Positions 22,706 to 30,195 of a stretch of DNA of 37,995 nucleotides are shown one piece after another. Origin of the DNA: a virus. The notes beneath the pieces were generated by a model. That model did no database searches. It saw only the letters and a list, made by a program, of their open reading frames with translations, and had not been told where the DNA came from. Location: positions 1 to 37,995 of the IMG/VR virus record IMGVR_UViG_3300044666_000001. One strand, given 5' to 3'. The first letter of the stretch is position 1. Each line of letters opens with the position of its first letter. The position numbers and the translations under genes were made by a program.

Positions 22706-23641
22706 TCAATGCACCTTCGAGTAGTCCACGTACTTCGTGTCACCAAAGTTAATCACAGCATCCGGGTCAATCTTCTCGACCTCCTGAGCCATGACTCCAA
22801 CGTGCCATTCCGGCTTGCCCTTGTACCGATATCGGTAAATTTTGTTGCCGCCTTCCGTGCAGCCAATGAGGCGGATATCGCGCTTCGCACGCGCATCAGA
22901 TAGCAGCGCGTAGATACCAGCGCCTCCAAGTCCGAGATTCAATGCACCGCTTAGAGCATTGGACTGGGCATTCCCGGCTGCGATCTGTCCGGCTGCGGTC
23001 GCATTCGCGCCACTCATTAATGTATTGCCGATTCCTTGTGCTGACTGCATCCCGGCATTTCCGACACCAGCAGCAGCATTTTGTCCGATGCCAAGCAGAT
23101 TGAGGAGATTGCCTACCTGTTGTTGTTGAGCGTTGTAGTTCGTCTGGTAGTTCTGGAGAGCATTTTGGTACTGCTGTTGGAAGGTATTGCTTGCCAACCC
23201 AGTCGTGTAATCAGCCAACCCCTTGGCTTGTGCGCCAGACAACCCAAGTCCCTTTGCAGACATGGCGTTATCAACGCCTTTCATGCCTTGTTGCAACGTG
23301 AACTGATAACCAGGCGTCTGTTCAAGTTGCTGCTGCGTTGGGTTGAAGTTGAACTTCCCAAGAGCGCCGAGTCCAGTGGCTGACGGCGAAACGCCAGTCA
23401 GATTTCCGCTGCCATCAAACGCCCCGGAATATCCAAGTTGCGTCAAAAGCGCTGGCAGAATGCCCGTACCGATGGACGTATAAGGACTTAGCGCCTGTTG
23501 GAGCTTGTCGAACGCCTGCTTCTGAAGGTCGGCAGCGTAATTTGCGCTCTGGGCCTGAGTATTCGCGGCGTTCTGGGCAGCGTCGGCCTGTTTGTCAGTG
23601 CCTAAGATGCCGCCAATCGCATCCCCAATGAAACTCATCAC
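22706..23641 (-). CDS. Fibre/needle-like protein with a C-terminal peptidase-S74 intramolecular-chaperone domain
   Basis: The Q/N/A/G-rich body ends in SDARAKRDIRLIG...YRYRYKGKPEWHVGVMAQEVEKIDPDAV, the auto-cleaving chaperone signature. Confidence 0.7.
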   Translation of the reverse strand: MMSFIGDAIGGILGTDKQADAAQNAANTQAQSANYAADLQKQAFDKLQQALSPYTSIGTGILPALLTQLGYSGAFDGSGNLTGVSPSATGLGALGKFNFNPTQQQLEQTPGYQFTLQQGMKGVDNAMSAKGLGLSGAQAKGLADYTTGLASNTFQQQYQNALQNYQTNYNAQQQQVGNLLNLLGIGQNAAAGVGNAGMQSAQGIGNTLMSGANATAAGQIAAGNAQSNALSGALNLGLGGAGIYALLSDARAKRDIRLIGCTEGGNKIYRYRYKGKPEWHVGVMAQEVEKIDPDAVINFGDTKYVDYSKVH

Positions 23642-24048
23642 TCACTCCCCATTAAGACCATCGCGTGCGGAACACCGTTGCGCGTCCATGCACCAGAAAC
23701 TCGACCTTCTTCCACAAATCCGCATTGCCTTGCGAGACGAAGTGCCGCCTTGTTCCAGTCGCCTATTGGCGCAAGAAACTTGCGTGCACCTCGCCTGCGC
23801 ATCTCATCTAATGCACGCTCAGTAAAAACATGTACGCCAGTTGCACCTTTTTTCATGGCGATATGCACTTCCTGCATATTCATCGTCGTCCTTCGAAATG
23901 TGATGAACCCGAAGTCCGCATGCCTGAAATACACGTCACCATGCCGATAATCGAATTGCTCAGGCCGAACGCCGTCCTCGCATACCCATTCCCATACACG
24001 TGGATCGCGCATGACCGAGACGACGAAATCTGGCTGAGCATTGATCAT
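23638..24048 (-). CDS. GNAT-fold N-acetyltransferase-like protein inside the virion gene block
   Basis: 136 aa. RRRGARK fits the acetyl-CoA motif A (R-x-x-G-x-[GA]), followed by NKAALRLARQCGFVEEG. Confidence 0.6.
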   Translation of the reverse strand: MINAQPDFVVSVMRDPRVWEWVCEDGVRPEQFDYRHGDVYFRHADFGFITFRRTTMNMQEVHIAMKKGATGVHVFTERALDEMRRRGARKFLAPIGDWNKAALRLARQCGFVEEGRVSGAWTRNGVPHAMVLMGSE

Positions 24049-24053
24049 CGAAC

Positions 24054-24650
24054 TTATCCCAAGAATTCCAATTTGAGATGGACAGCGTATTTCATCGAAC
24101 CTGCTGTACCTGAAGCGTAACTAGACGTTTGGTAGGTGATATTCGTACCAGCCTTCACATACATGACCTGAGATCCAGACGAAAACGCACCGATTGCATT
24201 CGCTGGATTAGTTGCCGTCACGGCATTCGCCAGAAGAGGAGTACTTGTATTCTGGTCGGTCCAACCAACTCCCACACTGGGCAATGTGGACGATGCCGCA
24301 TCTGCGGTAGTCTCTACCGCATATGCCGACAAGCGATACATCCCACCTTTGGTCGCCGCAAACAACGTTATGCTACCGATGTTCGCGCTTTGATTCGCAA
24401 CGTTTTGCGTGGCGACTGTCACCGGCACCCCGTTATCTACCAGAGGCGTTCCGCCATATGAAGACAAGGGATTGGTGATCTTGGAAATAGTAGGTGCCGG
24501 ATAAGATCCACTCAGATCGCCATTTGCGGGGCCGCTAGGCGGCAGCGAACTGGGTAGATTGCCATCGGATAGTGCAACGATCTCATCTACCGAGATAGTA
24601 GTCCCATTGCCGCCACTCGATACATACAACTGCTCTTTGCCAGTAGCCAT
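24054..24650 (-). CDS. Hypothetical virion protein (198 aa)
   Basis: ORF in the structural operon with S/T/G-rich, beta-type composition. Confidence 0.65.
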   Translation of the reverse strand: MATGKEQLYVSSGGNGTTISVDEIVALSDGNLPSSLPPSGPANGDLSGSYPAPTISKITNPLSSYGGTPLVDNGVPVTVATQNVANQSANIGSITLFAATKGGMYRLSAYAVETTADAASSTLPSVGVGWTDQNTSTPLLANAVTATNPANAIGAFSSGSQVMYVKAGTNITYQTSSYASGTAGSMKYAVHLKLEFLG

Positions 24651-24652
24651 TA

Positions 24653-24997
24653 TTAGCTCCCAGAAGTTTCATAGACACCACCCGCTAAAGTGACAGCGGC
24701 TGCTGTTCCCGCGAGTGCTTGTAAAGTCATGCCACTATCTAATTGAAGCCCAATTGCTTGAGGAGGAACATACGTTTGTCCAGGGGAAAGTACAAAGGCT
24801 GACATAATCGTATTGTTAACAGCAGCTGCCCCATTAGATGGAACGCGATATAGCGTCACAGCCACAGGATTATTTGTCGTGTTAGTCAGCGACAGATTAT
24901 TGATGGTCGCAGTAGTACTGCTAGGAGCCGTGTAATATGGAACAGCCGATAAAGTCAGCTGCGCTGCGGCAATTGCTTTTGGAATTCTCTGCATCAT
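24653..24997 (-). CDS. Hypothetical virion protein (114 aa)
   Basis: Tightly packed ORF in the structural operon. Confidence 0.6.
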   Translation of the reverse strand: MMQRIPKAIAAAQLTLSAVPYYTAPSSTTATINNLSLTNTTNNPVAVTLYRVPSNGAAAVNNTIMSAFVLSPGQTYVPPQAIGLQLDSGMTLQALAGTAAAVTLAGGVYETSGS

Positions 24998-25573
24998 TTA
25001 CCTCGGAATAATGTACACACTTGTGGGGGCAGTTGTATAGGTAATAGTCAACGTATCGTTTTGACTGAGTTCAACTAAATTAGGAGGAGATTGAATCCCA
25101 ATCGAAAAGTTTGACGTACCTCTTCCATAAACCAACGAGGAAACAGTACCACCAAAAATATGAACAGCCTGCCTATAGCTTGCTTTTATCGTGAATGGGG
25201 ATGGCCCCACAGCGACTGCGGCCGGAGCACGTGTGAAGTCCGTCCCCGTTTGTGGCGAGAAAAGCATTTCGCTCAATACATCCGGCGTAGACGAAATTCC
25301 CGTCAGAAATTCACTAGCACTGTCTAGCGAGGAACCCACTACAGGAATCGAAATGTCCGACATCCCGGGGAAAGACGATGCATCTCCAGAGCCTCCTAGT
25401 GATGCCAAAATGTCTGCCAGCGTCGTATCGACATTTGGGGGCGTCGTTCCTCTCTCACTTCCGGTGCGTCGCCATAGCTGAATCAGTAGCATTAGCCATG
25501 GCTTACTCACACATCCATCGATGCCGACGAAGGGCACGTCAATCATCGGAATATCTGATGAATAGTCGCTCAT
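24998..25573 (-). CDS. Hypothetical virion protein (191 aa)
   Basis: Abuts the downstream ATG and overlaps the upstream gene by 4 nt. Confidence 0.6.
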   Translation of the reverse strand: MSDYSSDIPMIDVPFVGIDGCVSKPWLMLLIQLWRRTGSERGTTPPNVDTTLADILASLGGSGDASSFPGMSDISIPVVGSSLDSASEFLTGISSTPDVLSEMLFSPQTGTDFTRAPAAVAVGPSPFTIKASYRQAVHIFGGTVSSLVYGRGTSNFSIGIQSPPNLVELSQNDTLTITYTTAPTSVYIIPR

Positions 25574-26997
25574 TGGTTAGCCGCCTTCGCTTGAACCCAC
25601 GCGCCAGCCAACGCCGTTTTTACAGGCGCCGACCAGCCGAGTTCAAAGACACGATCACGCGCCATCCCAAGACGCTGAAACTGAATCGACGTGAGATATT
25701 CACCCTCGAGGCCCAAACTAGCCTCAATTCGATTGCCCCAAGACTTTCCTCGAGTATCGCTCCAACGAAGGTAGACTGGAACCGATGACTGACCACTTCC
25801 GTTGCCGACTTCCATATCCGCGATAAACTCTCGGTACATGATTCGACTTGAGTCGTCATCCACGCTGTGACAGAACCCACGAATGTAAGCAATTGGATCG
25901 CCATTATTCGTATAGTTATCAGGATCTAATATATAAAGTTGGCCCGTTTGGTAATCACCAACTACGTTTTTCTCATACCCAATTGCATAACAATTGGAAC
26001 GATGACGATGAAAAACCCCATTGCTATCGATTGATAGCCATTCCATCCATTCTCCAGATGCGGTATCGAACGCCCATGTCTTATCCGCAGATGGGAATGT
26101 GATTACATAAAAAAAATGTCCTTGCAAAAGACACGTATAGGCGAAAGCATCGTCCACGCGTGGGTATTCACTTATTTCCGCATCAATGGCGAAAGTGGAA
26201 ATCTTTTGTGCTTGGAACTGCGAAGTACGGCAGATAATGCGTTCGCCCTGTTCAGATCGTGCCAACCAATAGAACTCACCGTCCATTTGGGCGATGGTAT
26301 TAGGCGTCATGCATCCATATTGCATAAAGACGCCAGGTAGGCGCGAGAAGGCGAATGCCGTCTCCCCGGCGTTAAACCATACTTCTGTCGTCAACTCCCC
26401 AAACAAATACAAATAACGTTTCGAAATTCCAATGCCCGAGATCTTATCCGGGAATCCGTTCTTGGTAGCGAAATCTGTCGCGTCGAACGTAGTTTGATTC
26501 GCTAGCGAGACGTACCATTGGTTCGTTCCTGGACGATTCAACACGAAAAAGCCATCGACGTAATCAATGTAATTCCCTCCATAAAACGCACCCCCATTGA
26601 TAATAGTGAATGCGTCAGTCGCCAAATCAACTTGATAACCTGTACTGGTTCCATCCACGGCAATAATGTTATTGCCGTTATCGACCATGCGAACAACCCC
26701 GACATTTGATCCTAGCGTCCCGAGCACTTTGACAGACCAATCGGAATTGATCTTGTAAAATGTGTTCCCGCAGATCCCATAAAGCTGCCAGTTCGTGGCC
26801 CAATATAGACAACGCCAGCCCGTACCATCCGCCGGCGTCAGATTGGCGACTTGGGTCAGCCCCGGCATCGGATACAGCATGAACGGATAGGCCGAATCCT
26901 TCGGGTTTTGCTCCATGTAGAGATTCACGGAACGTTGAGCGCTCGCAAGCACGCTCTTGGCTTTATAGGCGCCGGTAACCAACGGAAGCTTAGCCAT
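25570..26997 (-). CDS. P22 gp10-like packaged-DNA stabilisation / tail hub protein
   Basis: 475 aa. Size, position after the gp4-like gene and beta-propeller-like composition fit gp10. The similarity judgement is from memory. Confidence 0.55.
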   Translation of the reverse strand: MAKLPLVTGAYKAKSVLASAQRSVNLYMEQNPKDSAYPFMLYPMPGLTQVANLTPADGTGWRCLYWATNWQLYGICGNTFYKINSDWSVKVLGTLGSNVGVVRMVDNGNNIIAVDGTSTGYQVDLATDAFTIINGGAFYGGNYIDYVDGFFVLNRPGTNQWYVSLANQTTFDATDFATKNGFPDKISGIGISKRYLYLFGELTTEVWFNAGETAFAFSRLPGVFMQYGCMTPNTIAQMDGEFYWLARSEQGERIICRTSQFQAQKISTFAIDAEISEYPRVDDAFAYTCLLQGHFFYVITFPSADKTWAFDTASGEWMEWLSIDSNGVFHRHRSNCYAIGYEKNVVGDYQTGQLYILDPDNYTNNGDPIAYIRGFCHSVDDDSSRIMYREFIADMEVGNGSGQSSVPVYLRWSDTRGKSWGNRIEASLGLEGEYLTSIQFQRLGMARDRVFELGWSAPVKTALAGAWVQAKAANQ

Positions 26998-27745
26998 TGC
27001 CGCCGCTCCCTATGAAGAAGTCCCCATAGACGTTGTAAGCGCCACTTCGGCCACGCAATGCCGTCGGCATCTGAAGTAACGGGATTTGCGCATTCGCTTC
27101 CTCGATGATTCGCATCGAGGCTTCCGCTTTGGCTTTCACTACATCATTGACTGGCAGCCCGAAGAACGGATAAAGCTCCAGTGTCAGGTTCCACATCAAC
27201 GCGGCCTTGTATTCAGGCGGTAGCGTGATTTGGTCACTCAGATTAGCGAACTGCTGCAATTGCAGCATGACCGTGATATGGACCTCGTACTGATTATTCG
27301 GCACGGGCCATACGAACAGATTTGCCAGCGGATTGCCAGCGTCGTAGAACGCGTATTGTGGGAAGGCGTTCAGATTCTTGATCGAGATCCGGTCGTAATC
27401 CTCACGTGCTCGCAAGATCGTCAACGGGTAATCGACAGGAAGCAGTGTATTGACCGTCTGTCGGAAATAAGCGAACTCCAACTTCGAAGGCCTCGGCATA
27501 TCGAAATCGCCGCCAGGGCCGACCGTATAGCTGACTTGGCCTGTTGCCTGAAGTGCTTTCTCAACCAACTGATAAACCATGTAACGACGTCGTTGCCACT
27601 GCGCCATCATCATGTTCATCAGATTAAATGCATCATTGATGTCCTCAGCAGACGCAGTTTGCCCGACCCCCAAAACGTTGGCGGTTTTTAGCGCGAGTTC
27701 GATGATGTCGCGCGGAGTGGTCGGGACCGGGCTCGTCATGATCAA
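26990..27745 (-). CDS. P22 gp4-like head-to-tail adaptor / tail accessory factor
   Basis: DIIELALKTANVLGVGQTASAEDINDAFNLMNMMMAQW parallels P22 gp4 (DLVRAALRKLGVASD...AVDDLEAMMAEW). Confidence 0.6.
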   Translation of the reverse strand: MIMTSPVPTTPRDIIELALKTANVLGVGQTASAEDINDAFNLMNMMMAQWQRRRYMVYQLVEKALQATGQVSYTVGPGGDFDMPRPSKLEFAYFRQTVNTLLPVDYPLTILRAREDYDRISIKNLNAFPQYAFYDAGNPLANLFVWPVPNNQYEVHITVMLQLQQFANLSDQITLPPEYKAALMWNLTLELYPFFGLPVNDVVKAKAEASMRIIEEANAQIPLLQMPTALRGRSGAYNVYGDFFIGSGGNG

Positions 27746-27996
27746 CCCTTGGCCGAGGCGATCATCTCGCGCAGCTTGTCTGCGCCAGTTCGATGGTGCG
27801 GTGTCAACCCGAGTGCCTTGGCTTCTGCCATAAGGCTTTCACGCTCGTCCGCCGGCACATCGGTCAACTCGCCAAGTGCAACATCTTCCTCGGCAGCGTT
27901 GTTGACGACAATTTGCGAACCGTCGGCAAGCGTCACCCATTTCGGGTATTCCTGATACTCGTATGCCGCCGTGAAATCGCGCATGTTGTTGTTCAT
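27742..27996 (-). CDS. Hypothetical head-associated protein (84 aa)
   Basis: ATG at 27996 has GGAGA 6 nt upstream (the ORF track begins at TTG 28008). Confidence 0.6.
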   Translation of the reverse strand: MNNNMRDFTAAYEYQEYPKWVTLADGSQIVVNNAAEEDVALGELTDVPADERESLMAEAKALGLTPHHRTGADKLREMIASAKG

Positions 27997-28006
27997 GCGT
28001 ATCTCC

Positions 28007-28034
28007 AAAAAAGGCGGGAGAGATCATCCCCCGC
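28007..28034 (-). terminator. Intrinsic terminator/attenuator after the coat gene
   Basis: On the minus strand, GGCGGGGG and CCCGCC form a stem around the loop atgatctct, followed by TTTTTT. Confidence 0.65.
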
Positions 28035-28058
28035 CAAACCCAACCACAGAGGAGACCG

Positions 28059-29261
28059 TTACAGCGTGTCGGCAACGATGGTCGACCACTCCGGACGAAT
28101 AGCCGCGAAGCCATACAGAATGTCCAGACGGGTGATCAGGTTGTCGCTCATCACGTCATACGCCTGGATCATGCGCATCGAAACGCCATCGAATTCGGCG
28201 CGGGCCGCATCGACAACGCCCTTTGTCGGCATCTCCAGATCCGCAGTCGCCAGCGTGAATGCTTCCGGGTAGAACGCGAGGTTTTGGCGATACTTCGAGC
28301 CAGCTGGAGCCACCAAACTGATCGCAGCGCTGTTTGCCGGAGAGGCCGTGACGGTATTAAACGCCGCGGGCGCCGGAACAATCGACGGATAGATCGGGAT
28401 CGAGGTTGCTCCGTTAGCCACGTTGGCCGTAACGACGAACTGGCGCAGAGTGCCTTGATCTTGACCAGTCAGACGGTTGATAGCGTTCACACCTGCGATA
28501 GTGATCACATCGCCCTTGTTCAACGTACCCGTAATGGCATTGACGACGAGCGTGTTGCCCGTTTGGCCTGCGCCATTGACAGTACCCGCCGTGAACGAGC
28601 CGGTCGTGTGAACCTGCGTCGTCTGGTCATACATCCAATCGAAGCCCAACGTATCGCGCGTGATCAGCCCCGTCTCGTATTGATCCGAGATCTTCACTTG
28701 TGGGTTGAACAACCCAGCGAGCGACGCAACCGTGTTGGCTTGCGTGATCGGATCGAGAATGATCTTGCGATCCATGCGCGGCGCCAGATTCAGATCGATT
28801 GCTGCACCGGCTTGCAGCCACGATTTAGCGTCAGGGCTAAGGATGTTACCGCTACCGTCCGTCTTGACGATAAGGTTCGCCGACGAATTCGCCAGCGTCA
28901 TCAGATCCGAAGCCACAGCAGCAGCAAGACGATTTACAGCAGGGGCAAGAATGCGCTCGCTGAAGTCGTCCAACGACATGGTTTGCTCAGCGGTGCCGAA
29001 CGAAACCGGGACGTTTTTCTGATTGGCGACAGTGAGCGTGGTGTTCTGTTCGTTCGTGCCCTGCGGCGTAATCGCCGGGCCAGAATTCACCACATAGTCG
29101 TTCGGCAAGCGGACGCGGAGCGTGCTGCCGATCTTGGCGCCCGTACGGGCAAACTGGTCATCGTACTGACGATTGACCGTGCGAAGGAAAGCATTCGACT
29201 GACTCCAGAGGCGGACAGCCTCATTGGTAATCATGTCGATTGTCAGCAGGCTATTGGCCAC
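28059..29261 (-). CDS. Major capsid protein, P22 coat-protein family
   Basis: GTG at 29261 (giving MANSLLTIDMITNEA) has GAGGAG 8 nt upstream. LNKGDVITIAGVNAINRLTGQDQGTLRQFVV parallels P22 gp5 ([21 protein letters not shown]...FSVV). Confidence 0.85.
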   Translation of the reverse strand: MANSLLTIDMITNEAVRLWSQSNAFLRTVNRQYDDQFARTGAKIGSTLRVRLPNDYVVNSGPAITPQGTNEQNTTLTVANQKNVPVSFGTAEQTMSLDDFSERILAPAVNRLAAAVASDLMTLANSSANLIVKTDGSGNILSPDAKSWLQAGAAIDLNLAPRMDRKIILDPITQANTVASLAGLFNPQVKISDQYETGLITRDTLGFDWMYDQTTQVHTTGSFTAGTVNGAGQTGNTLVVNAITGTLNKGDVITIAGVNAINRLTGQDQGTLRQFVVTANVANGATSIPIYPSIVPAPAAFNTVTASPANSAAISLVAPAGSKYRQNLAFYPEAFTLATADLEMPTKGVVDAARAEFDGVSMRMIQAYDVMSDNLITRLDILYGFAAIRPEWSTIVADTL

Positions 29262-29426
29262 GTTAAGTGCTCCTCGAAGGGGAAACAATTGCGGCGCAGT
29301 GAATGCGCCCCGCTCGTCTCTGCCCTTCCGAGACCGTCTTAACGGGCCAATCCAGCGATTACGGCTCGCTTTAGCCTAAATTCGCAGAATCTTGCAAATT
29401 ACAACAAAAATACCGCATGAAATTCT

Positions 29427-29443
29427 GCTAATTGCAAATTAGC
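29427..29443. promoter_or_regulatory. Perfect 7-3-7 palindrome GCTAATT-GCA-AATTAGC in the scaffold-coat spacer
   Basis: Read by eye. A half-copy TTGCAAATTA recurs at 29392-29401. Confidence 0.4.
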
Positions 29444-29460
29444 ACAACTTTCTGCAACTT

Positions 29461-30177
29461 TCAACGCCTGCGCGCGTTCTTGTTGCGCCACTCGATCCAC
29501 TCTTTTCGGTTCTTCGGATCAGGTTCTGCACCATCCCCGCCAGATCCTCCACCATCGACCGTTGTGACAGGAGGAGGCGCTTTGGAAATTTGCTTGGAGA
29601 GTTCCTTTGCAGCCTTTGTCGATAGTTGCGCCATTTCGATAGCCATCTGAACCGGCGGCAAACTCGCCAAGCGGATAGCTTCGCCAACGTTATCGGCTTG
29701 CCCGAGCCAAGTAATGACCTTCTCGGCATTCGGGACGTTAGCAACAACGTTCAGAAACTCGGGGCCACCGATACCAGCCATCGCAAGTTGGTTCACAGCA
29801 CTATCATATTTCTCTCCGAATTCCTTCTTGCCGGCCGCCTCGATGCCAGCCAGTTTGTCGACAAGTTGCTGCTGTCCAGTGCGCTCTTGGACGATCTGCT
29901 CAGCCATGATTCGCGCCATCTCTTGCACGTTATGGTGAGGCTGCTGCGTCTGCTCACTGCCGTTTTGGAACTGAGCAAGTTGGGCTTCTAAGGCTTCCCG
30001 ACGCTGGCGTTCTTCTTCGGCTCGCTGCTCAGCGGCACGGCGCTGAGCCGTGATTTCGGCCATGCGTTTTGGCACCCAATCAGGCGTCGTATTCGGCTTC
30101 TGCTGCTCAGTTTCTGCCACCTGTTCGGCAGCTTGTTGCTGCGTCTCAGTCTGCTGCTCGAGTTCGGTCTGTTCCAT
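29461..30177 (-). CDS. Scaffolding protein
   Basis: 238 aa, Q/E/A-rich and helical, located between the portal and coat genes. Confidence 0.75.
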   Translation of the reverse strand: MEQTELEQQTETQQQAAEQVAETEQQKPNTTPDWVPKRMAEITAQRRAAEQRAEEERQRREALEAQLAQFQNGSEQTQQPHHNVQEMARIMAEQIVQERTGQQQLVDKLAGIEAAGKKEFGEKYDSAVNQLAMAGIGGPEFLNVVANVPNAEKVITWLGQADNVGEAIRLASLPPVQMAIEMAQLSTKAAKELSKQISKAPPPVTTVDGGGSGGDGAEPDPKNRKEWIEWRNKNARRR

Positions 30178-30195
30178 GGCTATCCTCTGTGGTGG

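Noticed and set aside
21187-22752. 521-aa plus-strand ORF opposite the ejection-protein gene.
   Set aside because: It is a shadow ORF of a GC-rich gene. Its composition is Arg/Leu/Ser-rich and low in information, it has no RBS, and it is antisense to a well-supported, translationally coupled structural gene.
28284-29342. 352-aa plus-strand ORF opposite the major capsid gene.
   Set aside because: The minus-strand frame has a clear P22 coat-family signature. The plus frame is Arg-rich shadow sequence.
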